Shown here: in pieces, positions 1-10,101 of the stretch | How positions within the stretch are numbered: position 1 is the stretch's first letter | How the letters are laid out: each line of letters opens with the position of its first letter | Translations under genes and position numbers: made by a program | Notes under the pieces: model-generated | The model's input: only the letters and a program-made list of their open reading frames with translations | What the model was told of the DNA's origin: nothing | Database searches by the model: none | NCBI GenBank assembly: GCA_963674965.2 | Contig: CAXXFL010000002.1 | Location: 608,001-672,000, forward strand | Length of the DNA stretch: 64,000 bases | DNA from: a bacterium | GTDB taxonomy: Bacteria; RBG-13-61-14; DATKZS01 | Reading direction: 5' to 3'

Positions 1-1301
1 ACGGCCACGGCTATCTCGGAGGTCCCTACCACGGCGGCGTCCTTGACGTCCTTTCCCATCTCGATGTGGCGGGTGATGTTCTCGAGCACGACGATGGCGT
101 TGGCCACCAGGGTCCCGATGGATATACCCAGGGCCGCCAGGCTGAGCATGTTCATGGTGAAGCCGAAGGCGTCCATCAGGAGGAAGGCCGAGATGATGGA
201 AGTGGGGATGACGGCCGAGGCCACGACGGTAATGCGCAGGTCCCGGAGGAACACGTAAAGCACGATGGCGCAGAAGATGACGCCGAGGAAGATGTTGGAG
301 GTGGCGTTCTTGACGGCGGACCTTATGAAGGTCGAGGAATCGTCGGCCTTTTGCAGGGTCACGCCGGGGGGGACCATCTCGGCGGCTTTCTCGAGTCTTT
401 TGTCGATGCCGTCGGCCACCTCGATGGCGTTGCCGTCTGAGCGCTTATAGATATCGAGAAGCACCGCCTCCTTGCCCAGGAAGCGCACGAAGGACTTGAC
501 CTGCTCGGAGCCGTCCTCGATCCGGGCTATGTCCTTGAGCCGGATCACGCCGTGGCCCGGAGCGTAAAAGGTAACGTTCTCGATCTCCTCGATGGACTTG
601 GCCTCGGCCTTGAACCTGACCCCGACCTCGCCGTCCCTTTTATAGACGTTTCCCGCGGGCACGTCCAGGTTCTCCTGACCCAGGTGCTGGACCACGTCGG
701 TGAGAGTCATGTGGTACTGGGCCAGTTTCTCCAACTTGACCAGGACGTTGATCTGACGCTTGGCCCCGCCCAGGACCTCGACCTTGGCCACGCCCGAGGC
801 CTGGCTGAAGTAGTTCTTAAGGTCCTTGTCCGCCATCTCGTAAAGCTCGAGCGGCGTGTGCTGGTCGGAGAGCACGGCCACCTTGATAACGGGCATGCTG
901 AGGGGATCATACTTGGCGATGACCGGGTCCTCGGCGTCCTCGGGCAGGTCCTGCTTGATGCCCTCCACCTTGTCCTTAACGTCAAGGGCCTTGACGTCTA
1001 TGTCCACCCCCAGCTTGAAGCGAACGATGATATAGCCGTAGCTTTCGTTGATCTCGGACTGGATCGTCTTGATGTCGCTGATGTTCGAGACCTCGTCCTC
1101 GATCTTCTTGATCATCTGGCTCTCGATCTCGTCCGGACCGGCGCCCGGATATATACAGACTATCTGGACGAGGGGAAAGTCAAGCTCGGGAAAGAGATCG
1201 ACGACCATGCGGGAATATGATTGGACGCCCAGCACCACGAAAACCATGACTATCATCACGGTGGTGACGGGACGGCCCACGAAGGTCTTGATCAGGTTCA
1301 T
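1..1301 (-). CDS. RND efflux permease subunit (AcrB/AcrD/AcrF family), 3' part outside window
   Basis: Manual translation from ATG at 1301 gives MNLIKTFVGRPVTTVMIV...VDLFPELDFPLVQIVCIYPGAGPDEIESQM, a typical RND N-terminus. The start overlaps the upstream stop (TAATG). Not in the ORF track because it runs off the window edge. Confidence 0.92.
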   Translation of the reverse strand, partial: MNLIKTFVGRPVTTVMIVMVFVVLGVQSYSRMVVDLFPELDFPLVQIVCIYPGAGPDEIESQMIKKIEDEVSNISDIKTIQSEINESYGYIIVRFKLGVDIDVKALDVKDKVEGIKQDLPEDAEDPVIAKYDPLSMPVIKVAVLSDQHTPLELYEMADKDLKNYFSQASGVAKVEVLGGAKRQINVLVKLEKLAQYHMTLTDVVQHLGQENLDVPAGNVYKRDGEVGVRFKAEAKSIEEIENVTFYAPGHGVIRLKDIARIEDGSEQVKSFVRFLGKEAVLLDIYKRSDGNAIEVADGIDKRLEKAAEMVPPGVTLQKADDSSTFIRSAVKNATSNIFLGVIFCAIVLYVFLRDLRITVVASAVIPTSIISAFLLMDAFGFTMNMLSLAALGISIGTLVANAIVVLENITRHIEMGKDVKDAAVVGTSEIAVA

Positions 1302-2416
1302 TACTCGCCCTCCGCCTCCGCCTTGTCGGCTTTTGGCGTTTTTGATTCGCCAAGGTCCTCCTGGACCCGTATTTTCACGCCGTCGCGAAGGAGGGTCTTG
1401 CCGCGGAGGACCGCGGGCAGTTTCGGGTCGAGCCCTTCCCCGGAGACGACCGAGCGGTCCTCATTCACCGTCTCGACCCTGACGGGGACCTTGACCGCCT
1501 TGCCGTCCTTGACCTGGTAGATATACTGGCTGTCGTCCAGGTCCCGGAGCACGCAGCGGGAGGGCACGCTCACGGCCTCTTTCTCGTCGAAGACCTTGAC
1601 CTTGGCCGCGGCGAAGGTCCCGATTTTAAGGGCCTGGTTTTTATTGTCCACCATCATCTCGAGGTCGAAGAGGCTGGTATAAGGGTCGGCGCCGATGGAA
1701 ACGCGGTCCACCGTCCCGGACATGGTGGTCCCGTCGGCGGCGGTCACGGCCACGTCCTGTCCTTCCTTCATCTCGACGACGTCGGTGTCGCTGATATTGG
1801 CCTGAATCCGGACCTTGTCCAGGTCCGACACGATGGCCAGGGTGGTGTTGGACTCGGCCCTTTCCCCGACCCGGACCGTAAGCTTCGTGAGCACTCCGGG
1901 GATGGGGCTGATAAGGTCCACCGCGCTCAGGGCCATATCGAGGTCGGCCTTGGCCGCGTCCATTTGTATCTTCGATTTGTCCACCGCGTCCTTTTGCAGG
2001 ACGCCCTTGGCGTGGAGCCTTTTATAGGACTCGTGGTCGCTTTTGTATTCCTCGTAAAGCTCCCGGGCCAGGTTGACGCGCGTCATGTTCTGGGGGTCGT
2101 CCACGTCCAGCCTGATAATGGGGGTGTCGGCCGGTACCATGTCGCCTATCTTGAACTCGATGGACTTGATGCGGGAGGGGTCGGCGGTTTGAAGGTGGGC
2201 CTCGACCGAGCCCATCACCCGGCCCTGTATCTCGCGCCACACCGCAAAGGGGCCGACCTCGACGGCCGTTGTCACCACGGGATATCCCTCCCGCCGGTTG
2301 ATGGTCTCGATGCCCTCCCGCCGGCTTTCCCGCTCGCCTTTGACCATGTGAATCCGGCCGAACACGGCCAGGACCGCGGCCAGAGCGATAATCGCCAGGA
2401 TTAAAGTCCTCTTCAT
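1301..2416 (-). CDS. RND periplasmic adaptor (membrane fusion protein)
   Basis: N-terminal TM, LISPIPGV lipoyl-like motif and VPSRCV motif. GGAGG RBS precedes MKRTL at 2416. Translationally coupled to the permease. Confidence 0.92.
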   Translation of the reverse strand: MKRTLILAIIALAAVLAVFGRIHMVKGERESRREGIETINRREGYPVVTTAVEVGPFAVWREIQGRVMGSVEAHLQTADPSRIKSIEFKIGDMVPADTPIIRLDVDDPQNMTRVNLARELYEEYKSDHESYKRLHAKGVLQKDAVDKSKIQMDAAKADLDMALSAVDLISPIPGVLTKLTVRVGERAESNTTLAIVSDLDKVRIQANISDTDVVEMKEGQDVAVTAADGTTMSGTVDRVSIGADPYTSLFDLEMMVDNKNQALKIGTFAAAKVKVFDEKEAVSVPSRCVLRDLDDSQYIYQVKDGKAVKVPVRVETVNEDRSVVSGEGLDPKLPAVLRGKTLLRDGVKIRVQEDLGESKTPKADKAEAEGE

Positions 2417-2495
2417 TTTCTCCTCCTTCGGCGCGACCTTCTCGAGCGTCAAATATTAAAAGGGGCAAGTGCCGGCGGCTCGCGGCGCGTAAAAT

Positions 2496-3152
2496 TCAAA
2501 CGGCTAAATTCTTTCGGTCTTCCAGGTCTTCGTGGTGGCCGGTCGTGATCAGTTCGTTAAGCAGGACGACCACTTTGCCGATGGCTTCCTTGCCCGCGTA
2601 CATCTCGGGCCAGATGACGCCGTTGAAGCGAAGGCCGTCGTGAAAGGCGATCATCAGCTTCACCAGGGTCGGCACGTCGAAATCTCTTATTTCTCCATCG
2701 GCCTTGCTTTGGGAAAGGTATACCTGAAGAGCGTCGAAGAACCTTTTGGAGATCATGTTCAGCCTGTTCCTCACCCTCTCCTCGCGGCAGGCCGCGGTGG
2801 AGAACTCGAGCCAGGCCAGGGTGAACGACCTCTCCTCGTTAAGATAGCTGTACATTCTTTCCACGTTGTTTTTTACGATATCATCGACGCTCATCTCATC
2901 GTTCTCGAAATCTTCCTTTAAATCGGCCAGGGCCTTTTCGCACCACTTCTCGAAAACGGCGAGAAAAATGTCCTCCTTGCTGGGGAAATGCCAGTAGATG
3001 CTGCCCTTGCTAAGGCCCGACACCCTCATGATATCGCTAAGGCTCGAGCCGTGATATCCCTTCTGGCAGAAGCACTCCATGGCCGCGTCCATGATTTGTC
3101 TTCTCCTTATTTCTTTGGGCATTTTTTTTCCCGACACGACTCGCTCCTTCAT
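2496..3152 (-). CDS. TetR/AcrR family transcriptional regulator
   Basis: HTH RRQIMDAAMECFCQKGYHGSSLSDIMRVSGLSKGSIYWHFPSKEDIF. Start placed downstream of the predicted promoter. Confidence 0.93.
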   Translation of the reverse strand: MKERVVSGKKMPKEIRRRQIMDAAMECFCQKGYHGSSLSDIMRVSGLSKGSIYWHFPSKEDIFLAVFEKWCEKALADLKEDFENDEMSVDDIVKNNVERMYSYLNEERSFTLAWLEFSTAACREERVRNRLNMISKRFFDALQVYLSQSKADGEIRDFDVPTLVKLMIAFHDGLRFNGVIWPEMYAGKEAIGKVVVLLNELITTGHHEDLEDRKNLAV

Positions 3153-3167
3153 GTTCGCGGCAAGATA

Positions 3168-3224
3168 AACCGACCGTTCGGTCTGTTGACGTGAAAATAT
3201 ACAACCCGACTCCCAAAATGTCAA
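3168..3224 (-). promoter_or_regulatory. Sigma70 promoter and TetR-type operator for the tetR-RND operon
   Basis: Minus strand TTGACA (3224-3219)-17 bp-TATATT (3201-3196). Palindrome AAC-C-GACCG-TT-CGGTC-T-GTT at 3168-3187 lies just downstream. Confidence 0.75.
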
Positions 3225-3263
3225 TATATAGGAGGGGTAAAATTAAGACTCAACTTATATGAA

Positions 3264-3449
3264 GAGCTTCTTGCAAAAGTCCTTTTCTTTGCGGCATAGC
3301 CGCTTTGGAGTGCGGTCGCTTGAGACCGCTTTCGATGGCCTTGGCTTGACAAGGCCTATTAATACACCGGCTTGCCTCGCGTCAAGCCGCTCGGAAGAAA
3401 AGCGGCGTCGAGCCGCCGCACTCCAAATCGGGAATTTTGCAAGAGGCTC
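3264..3449 (+). mobile_element. 186 bp MITE, copy 1
   Basis: TIRs GAGCTTCTTGCAAAA / TTTTGCAAGAGGCTC, flanked by a TGAA direct repeat. Internal inverted pair TTTGGAGTGCGG...CCGCACTCCAAA. Confidence 0.9.
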
Positions 3450-3542
3450 TGAAAATAGAAATTAAAGAATCCACTATGGCAAGTAACGTTTAATATGCAA
3501 TTGTAACAATACGTTAAGAAAATTCGCGCGTGGCCTTAAGGC

Positions 3543-5324
3543 TCAGTGGACGCACGATCCGTCGTGCCAGTCTTTAAGACGCCTGGCGTCCGAGGTTTTG
3601 CCCAGGGTCTGGTAGCATTTCATGGCGCCCTGAACGGCATCCTTCAAGGGGGCCGAGCACGACGGCTTGGGCAAGGTCCCGCTTTTCGCGTACCCGTAGC
3701 GAAAAAGGACTTCCTCGTAAGACTCGAGGGCCTTTTGATAGTCTCCCCTTTCCATGTTTTTACTCGCCTGGAAGAGGAGATAATCGGTGGTCTTGCTTTT
3801 CTTGCCGAAGATGGTCCCCTTGAACTTGAACATGGAGTCTTCGGACTCATCAGCTTGCGGCGCCGCGGGTGGGGGCGGCGCCGAGGCGGTCTCGTCCTTG
3901 GCCGAGGCGCCGGCCGGTCCGTTCCCTCCGGAAAGGGGCGCGGTGGGCGCGGGAGCGGCGGCGGGAGCCGGGGCCGAGGAAGGCTTGGATTTCTTCATGT
4001 CCCATCCCCAGAATTCCTCGGCCGCGACGTTCTCCGGCTGAGCCGGCGCGGGGGCGGGGGTGGCCGCTCCGATCGGGACGGCCGTTCCCGGGGCCGCTCC
4101 CGGGGCGGTTTTCACGAACCCGTCCTCTAACCCTCGCTCGGGGGGTACAGTCTCATCCGCCGCCGGCACCTTGGCCACGGCCACCTCGATGGGAGGCTCG
4201 TCCACTATAAAGAGGTCGTCGATCGATTTTTCCGCCGCCTTATCCGCCTCGGTTTTGACGGCGTCCGGCTGGGCCTCGGCTGGCGCCGCTTCAGGGATAA
4301 TTACGGAAAAATATATTCCGGCGCCTTCGGTTTCAGAGGGAAAATCTTCTGGTTGATTGTCCGCCGATTTGGGTTCGGCAGGCTCGGTTTCCTTGGGGGC
4401 CTCGGTTTTTGTCTCCTCCTTGGGCTTGGGAGGCTCGGCCGTTTTCTCGGCGGGAGCGACCGTTGCGGCGGCGGGAGGAGGAGCCATTTCGGGCGCGAGC
4501 TTGGCCGAGGCCCCGCCGGCGTCGGTATCCATGACGGGGGCCGCGGCGACGGCCGGCTCGGCTTTTTTCGGTTCCGGCTTGTCTTCCAGCGGCTCGGCTC
4601 CCTTTGTTTCCTCGGGGGCTATATAGGCGAGGATCAACGGCTTGGCGGTGGACCCCTCCTTCTCGCCGGCGGTGGTCCTGGCCATGATCTCGGCCTCGTC
4701 GGCGTCGGCTTTCATTTCCTCCAGTTCTTTATCGCGTTTTGCTTTTGTCTCTTGGTTAGCGTCTTTATCTTCGTCCGAGGCGGAAAGGGCTCTTTCAACC
4801 ATCTCCTCCGCTTTTTTAATCTCGTCGTCGCTTGGAGCGGTGGGCGCGAGGCCGAGCTTGGCTTTTCTCGTTTCCATGCCTCTTTCGGGAGGGGGAGGCG
4901 CGGCTTCCCTTTTCGCGCTCAGGTCCTCGGTGGACATGGCCACGGTCATGTCCGCCTTATCGGTTCCTCCGATGCGCTTGCCGCCGAACCATCCCACGGC
5001 GAAGACGAGTCCCAGCCCGATTATGGCGACGGCGGCCGTCGCCAGGGGCCGGCTCATAAAGTAGGAGAAATCCAGTCTCGATATAATTGATGGCGGCTCT
5101 TCCTGGGATGCCCTTACCAGGTCCATGATTTTTTTATCGATCTGGACGGGCGCGGGAGGATCGGGCAGGGCCCTTATCAAGATGGCGGTCTTTTTAAGTT
5201 CCTCGAAATCCCGGGCGCACTCGTCGCACTCGGCGAGGTGGGCCATGAGTTCTTCTTCCTCCTCGCGGGGGAGTCCTCCGTAGATCAGGTCGATTATTTT
5301 TTCGTGGAACTTATCGCACTTCAT
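3543..5324 (-). CDS. Anti-sigma factor: zf-HC2 domain, TM, long Pro/Ala/Glu low-complexity linker and C-terminal TPR-like region
   Basis: HLAECDEC zinc-binding motif, single TM, overlaps the ECF sigma stop codon. Confidence 0.85.
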   Translation of the reverse strand: MKCDKFHEKIIDLIYGGLPREEEEELMAHLAECDECARDFEELKKTAILIRALPDPPAPVQIDKKIMDLVRASQEEPPSIISRLDFSYFMSRPLATAAVAIIGLGLVFAVGWFGGKRIGGTDKADMTVAMSTEDLSAKREAAPPPPERGMETRKAKLGLAPTAPSDDEIKKAEEMVERALSASDEDKDANQETKAKRDKELEEMKADADEAEIMARTTAGEKEGSTAKPLILAYIAPEETKGAEPLEDKPEPKKAEPAVAAAPVMDTDAGGASAKLAPEMAPPPAAATVAPAEKTAEPPKPKEETKTEAPKETEPAEPKSADNQPEDFPSETEGAGIYFSVIIPEAAPAEAQPDAVKTEADKAAEKSIDDLFIVDEPPIEVAVAKVPAADETVPPERGLEDGFVKTAPGAAPGTAVPIGAATPAPAPAQPENVAAEEFWGWDMKKSKPSSAPAPAAAPAPTAPLSGGNGPAGASAKDETASAPPPPAAPQADESEDSMFKFKGTIFGKKSKTTDYLLFQASKNMERGDYQKALESYEEVLFRYGYAKSGTLPKPSCSAPLKDAVQGAMKCYQTLGKTSDARRLKDWHDGSCVH

Positions 5325-5968
5325 TTTTTTTCCTCTGCCAGGAACCCGCCCTGGCTAAGCGCCTTCCGCAGATGGCCAAGGGCGTAATGCATCCTGGTCT
5401 TGACCGTGTTGAGGGGCACGCCGGTTATCTCGGCGATTTCCTTAAAGGGCAGCCCGGCGCGTTCCCTTAACAGTACAACCTCCTTTTGTTCGGCCGAGAG
5501 GGTCTCGAAGGCCTCCTCGATGGCCTGGGCCAGTTCCCGGCCGCGAAGGTCATCCTCCGGGGTGGGGCCGTGATGGGCCATCAGGTCCAGGCGGGTACCG
5601 CCTCCATCCTCCCCGATCGGGTCGTCGAGGGACTCGGTTATCCTGATCTTTTCCCTCCTCGCGTGGTCGATGGCCACGTTGCGCGCGATGGTGTAAAGCC
5701 AGGACGTGAAGTTCGCCGTGGGCCTGTAATCCTCGGCCGCCCGTACCACTCTCAAAAAGACGTCCTGATACGCGTCCTCCGCGCTTTCGCGCCCGCCGGT
5801 CAGGCGATAGAGGAAACCGAAAAGCCGCGAGCCGTGCCTTTGGATGATCTCGCTCAGGGCCTCGACGTCACCCCCGCCAAAGGCCTCCATGAGCTCCTCA
5901 TCGCTCATCTTCGACCTCGATACCGGCGGGACCAGCTTAACCACCCCGGTCTTTTTATTGCCTTTCAT
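5321..5968 (-). CDS. ECF sigma-70 factor
   Basis: Region 2 AEDAYQDVFL...WLYTIARN and region 4 EIAEITGVPLNTVKTRMHYA. Confidence 0.93.
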   Translation of the reverse strand: MKGNKKTGVVKLVPPVSRSKMSDEELMEAFGGGDVEALSEIIQRHGSRLFGFLYRLTGGRESAEDAYQDVFLRVVRAAEDYRPTANFTSWLYTIARNVAIDHARREKIRITESLDDPIGEDGGGTRLDLMAHHGPTPEDDLRGRELAQAIEEAFETLSAEQKEVVLLRERAGLPFKEIAEITGVPLNTVKTRMHYALGHLRKALSQGGFLAEEKK

Positions 5969-5973
5969 AGTTA

Positions 5974-5999
5974 TAAACGAATCAACCTCTTTCAGGTTC
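5974..5999 (-). promoter_or_regulatory. Putative ECF-type autoregulatory promoter
   Basis: Minus strand GAAC-16 bp-CGTTTA, ending 5 nt before the ATG at 5968. Matches the general AAC...CGT pattern of ECF promoters. Confidence 0.5.
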
Positions 6000-6065
6000 T
6001 AGCCTCGTCCGCACAAATCGGAAAATTTCGAGCCAAAAGGCCCGCCGCGGGTAAAGGCCATAAAA

Positions 6066-6596
6066 TCAAGCTTTTTCAAGCAGGTCGGCCACCCTGCCAA
6101 AGTCCGAGATATCTTTGCCATAATAGGCGAAGACAACCTCGCCCTCGGGAGACAATAAAAAGGAAGCCGGGACCTGAAACTCGTCTCCCTCGAACATGCC
6201 GTGCATATGGCCCTTGAACGTGGCCCGGAGGCTGGCCTTCAGCACGGAGGGCGCCGTGAACTCCTTGAGCCCGCCCCGCCTGACCTCGAACCTGTCGTAG
6301 AGCTTTTTCTCCTTGTCCGGCACGAGAACGAAAGGGAGATGCCGGCTCCTCGAGTAGGTCTCGGCCCGTTTCTCCGTGGCCTGAACCACTACCACCAGCC
6401 GAATCTTCTTGGACTCGAAAAGAGAAAACGACTCGATAAGCTCGTCGATCTTTTCCTTGCAAAGGGGACAGCCGAGATGGCGTAAAAAGAAAAGCGCCAG
6501 CTTGCCGTCCTGACAATCGGCGGGCCAGTTTATTTCCTTGCCGTTCTGGTCATTAAAGGAAAAGCTGTCTATTTTGTCGCCGGCTTTTAGCGCCAT
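6066..6596 (-). CDS. Peroxiredoxin-like AhpC/TSA family protein
   Basis: LFFLRHLGCPLCKE CxxC motif, plus DKEKKLY and QVPASFLL motifs. Confidence 0.85.
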   Translation of the reverse strand: MALKAGDKIDSFSFNDQNGKEINWPADCQDGKLALFFLRHLGCPLCKEKIDELIESFSLFESKKIRLVVVVQATEKRAETYSRSRHLPFVLVPDKEKKLYDRFEVRRGGLKEFTAPSVLKASLRATFKGHMHGMFEGDEFQVPASFLLSPEGEVVFAYYGKDISDFGRVADLLEKA

Positions 6597-6909
6597 TAAT
6601 ATTGTCCTCCCTCTTTATCGTCCGCTTAGTATTCCGACTGATCGCCAAGGCAACTTTTTTCGCCTTAAGCGACGCCAGTATAGCATATATCCTCCATTGG
6701 CTCTACATGCAAACGTGGCCGAATTTCCGTATTCAAGGCAAAACGTCTTCGCGGCGACGACCTCGAATAATGACTACGGACATCCAGCCAGGATAGAAAG
6801 TTCTTCCTCCAGGCCTTCCTTCTTAAGCTGAAAAAACTCTTATGATAGAAAAATCCTGGGAAGTTCTGGCGGACAAATTTCCCGATCTCGGCTAAACGAC
6901 TTTAATATA

Positions 6910-7095
6910 GAGCCTCTTGCAAAAGTCCAGCTTTGGAGTGCGGCGGCTCGACGCCGCTTTTCTTCCGAGCGGCTTGGCGCGAGGCAAACCGCTGTATTGA
7001 TAGGCCTTGTCAAGCCAAGGCCATCGAAAGCGGTCTCAAGCGACCGCACTCCAAAGCGGCTATGCCGCCAAGAAAAGGACTTTTGCAAGAAGCTC
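6910..7095 (-). mobile_element. 186 bp MITE, copy 2 (opposite orientation)
   Basis: Near-identical reverse complement of copy 1, flanked by a TATA direct repeat. Confidence 0.9.
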
Positions 7096-7375
7096 TATAA
7101 TCATTATTTATCGGAATTTATCCGCGCCGTTCTAACCTTTGATTTTTCTTTTTTCCACGCTCCCCGATAGCAAGCCTCGGCAATATAAATTGCCAAAAGT
7201 GGGATTGTTTTTCCCGGTTCGGAGCATTGGGGGACAACCCGTATTCCCTCTTGATCGTAATGGCTTAATAAATAAAGACAATATTTGAGGAAAACAAAAA
7301 ATCTCCGGCGCCGGGCTTGCATAAATCTCTTGATCGAACCTTACTCGACAATAGCTTTGTCTTTGGAGCCAAGTT

Positions 7376-10090
7376 ATGATCAATAAATTTCTTTTCCTGG
7401 TCGTCAAGTTTCCCAAGCTGACCATAGCCGTGGTTTTGGCCTTAACGGCGGTCTTCGGGTATGGCTTTACCAAGGTCGAGTTCACCAGCTCGGCCGAGAA
7501 ATTTTTCATCAAGAACGACCCCGACCGTACTTTTTTCGACCTGGTAAAGGAGACCTTTGGCAACGACGGCGTAACGGTCGTGGCCATGGTGGCCCCTCCG
7601 GGGGAGGACATATATGACACCCAGAGGTTGAAGCGTCTCAAAAGGGTATGCGACGAGCTCGAGTCGATCAAGGGCATAAAAAAGGTCGTGAGTTTGACCC
7701 ACGTGGAAAGGATTTACGGCTCGGGCATGTCCATCAACGTTCAACCCCTGATCCCGGAGATACCGGACGAGCCCGAGGAATGGGCCGCCCTGAAAAACGC
7801 TCTTGCCGAAAACCACATGTACGACCGCAACCTGGTCAGCCCGGACAGGCGGACCGCGGCGATCAACATATTCATGGACGACTTCGACGACCGGCAGGGC
7901 CGCTATTCGGAGATACTCGACGAGGTCTCGGCCGTGCTCAACTCCCAGGCGGGGCCGGACTCTTTTTACGTCTCGGGCATACACGCCACCAAGCAGGAAA
8001 CCCTGCGCGCCATCAAGCGGGACCTGGGAAGGTTCATGCCTCTGACCTTCGTTCTCATCGTGATTATTCTGGCCGTCAGCTTCCGTACTTTCCGGGGCGT
8101 GCTGTTGCCGCTGGCGTCGGTTTGCCTGGCCTCGGTGTGGACGGTCGGCTTCATGGGCCTGGCCGGGATTTCCCTCAGCATGGTAACGGTGGTGCTGCCG
8201 CCCCTCATCGTGGCCATAGGCAACGCCTATACCATCCACGTCATGAGCGAGTACGTCGAGCAGAGCGTCGAGGCGTCCGATCCCTCGGACCTGGTTTATT
8301 CCATCCTGAACCGGGTGTCCCTGCCCCTGGTGGTGTGCGGCTTCACCACGGTGATAGGCTTCGGCTCCCTGGGTTTTAACAAGATACCGGCCATCCGCGA
8401 CCTGGGCGTTTCCTCCGCGGTGGGCGTCGTCTTCTGCGTGTTCATGTCCCTCGTGTTCGTGCCCGCGGTCCTGGCCCTGATGCCCTCGCTGAGGACGGGG
8501 GCGGAAAAGGAGGAAGAGGAAAAGGATGGGGCCGAGAAGCAGGGCCTGCTCGACGAGTTCCTCGCCTCGGCGGCCGAGTTCTCCCTGCGGAACCGGGTCA
8601 TGATCCTGGCCGCGTGCATGGTCCTGGCCCTGGCCGGGGCCCTGGGCGGGTTCAGGATCGACGTGGACACCGACTTCCTCAGCTTCTTCGACAAGGACGA
8701 CCCCGTAACCGTGTCCAACGAGATGCAGACCAAATACCTGGCCGGCGCGGCCCCCTTCTTCGTGATCATGGACGGCAAGGGGCCAGACGTTTTCAAGGAC
8801 CCGGCCCTGCTCAGGAAAATGGACCTTTTTCACAACTGGCTGACCCAGGAGGTCGAGGGAATCGACCTGGCCGTGTCCCTGGTCGATTTCATCAAGATAC
8901 TAAACAAGGTCTTCCATAAAAACGACCCGGCCTTTTTCAAAGTGCCCGACGACGGGAGAATGGTGGCCCAGCTCCTGCTCTTCTACTCCTTTTCCGGAGA
9001 CCCCGCGGACTTCGCCCCCTACGTGAACGGCGACTACTCCCAAGTCAACGTCATGGTGCGAAGCCGCCTGGTGGGGTCCAAGGAAACGGACGCGGCCATC
9101 CGGGAGATCGAGGCCTACGCGAACAAGCTCTTCGGGGACAAGGTGGACGTAAAGGTCACGGGCACCATCAAGATGATGAACAAGAGCGCCAACGAGGTGG
9201 CCCTGGGCCAGATCAAGGGCATAGCCACCTGCCTTATCGTGATCTTCCTGGTGATGAGCGTGCTTTTCATTTCCCCTCGCGTGGGTTTTCTCGCCATGCT
9301 GCCCAACGTGCTTCCCGTGCTGGTCCTTTTCGGGGTAATGGGCTTCGCGGGCGTGACCTTGAACTTTTCCACCAGCCTTATCGCCTGCATCGCCATCGGC
9401 CTGGGCGTGGACGACACGATCCATCTCATGAGCCGGTACAACTCCGAGCTGAAGGAGGCCATCGACCCGGACGAGGCCATCAGGAGGACGATCAAGTCCC
9501 TGGGCAAGCCCGTTATATATACCTCGCTCAGTCTCTTCTTCGGCTTCAGTATCATCGCCGGCTCGGACTTCGTGCCCATCCGGCACTTCGGGGCCCTCAC
9601 GGGAATGAGCATACTCGTTTGCCTTCTGGCCGACCTGTTCCTCCTGCCCGCCCTTATCTCCACGGTGCGGATCACCACCTTGTGGGACCACGTGGACCTG
9701 GGCATAGGCGGCCAGGTAAAGGGAGAGATTAGGCTTTTCAAGGGGCTGTCTCCCCACCAGGCCAAGATGGCCACGCTGATGGGGGTGTTCGGTTTCTACG
9801 CTGACGACGAGCGGATCGTGCAAGAGGGCGAGGTGGTAAAGGACCTTTTCGTGGTGCTGGAGGGAGGCGTGAAAAGCCACAACGGCGATATGGCCAAGGA
9901 GTCCAGAGTTGGCGAGGGCATGGAGTTCGGCTGTGCTCCCGGCCGGGACCCCTACTCCTCCGACGTCAACTGGGTCGCCGTGGGCGAGACCAAGGTCCTC
10001 ATGATAAACCCCATGACCCTGGACCGGCTCAAGGGCGCCCATCCCAAGATAGCCGAGAGGATCGAGGCCAACCTGGCCAGGATTTCGTGA
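7376..10090 (+). CDS. MMPL/RND-superfamily exporter with C-terminal cNMP-binding-like domain
   Basis: Two TM blocks with GLGVDDTIH motif. C-terminal IVQEGEVVKDLFVVLEGGV...GEGMEFG resembles a cNMP-binding fold. Confidence 0.88.
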   Translation: MINKFLFLVVKFPKLTIAVVLALTAVFGYGFTKVEFTSSAEKFFIKNDPDRTFFDLVKETFGNDGVTVVAMVAPPGEDIYDTQRLKRLKRVCDELESIKGIKKVVSLTHVERIYGSGMSINVQPLIPEIPDEPEEWAALKNALAENHMYDRNLVSPDRRTAAINIFMDDFDDRQGRYSEILDEVSAVLNSQAGPDSFYVSGIHATKQETLRAIKRDLGRFMPLTFVLIVIILAVSFRTFRGVLLPLASVCLASVWTVGFMGLAGISLSMVTVVLPPLIVAIGNAYTIHVMSEYVEQSVEASDPSDLVYSILNRVSLPLVVCGFTTVIGFGSLGFNKIPAIRDLGVSSAVGVVFCVFMSLVFVPAVLALMPSLRTGAEKEEEEKDGAEKQGLLDEFLASAAEFSLRNRVMILAACMVLALAGALGGFRIDVDTDFLSFFDKDDPVTVSNEMQTKYLAGAAPFFVIMDGKGPDVFKDPALLRKMDLFHNWLTQEVEGIDLAVSLVDFIKILNKVFHKNDPAFFKVPDDGRMVAQLLLFYSFSGDPADFAPYVNGDYSQVNVMVRSRLVGSKETDAAIREIEAYANKLFGDKVDVKVTGTIKMMNKSANEVALGQIKGIATCLIVIFLVMSVLFISPRVGFLAMLPNVLPVLVLFGVMGFAGVTLNFSTSLIACIAIGLGVDDTIHLMSRYNSELKEAIDPDEAIRRTIKSLGKPVIYTSLSLFFGFSIIAGSDFVPIRHFGALTGMSILVCLLADLFLLPALISTVRITTLWDHVDLGIGGQVKGEIRLFKGLSPHQAKMATLMGVFGFYADDERIVQEGEVVKDLFVVLEGGVKSHNGDMAKESRVGEGMEFGCAPGRDPYSSDVNWVAVGETKVLMINPMTLDRLKGAHPKIAERIEANLARIS

Positions 10091-10101
10091 AAGGGAAGCG
10101 C

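Noticed and set aside
3259-3465. Small ORF family (also 6840-7088 and 22216-22452) with similar peptides
   Set aside because: These are translations of the MITE sequence, with differing starts and ends and no RBS.
3264-7095. Composite transposon or inversion formed by MITE copies 1 and 2
   Set aside because: Each copy has its own matching 4 bp duplication (TGAA, TATA), showing independent insertions and no exchange of flanks.
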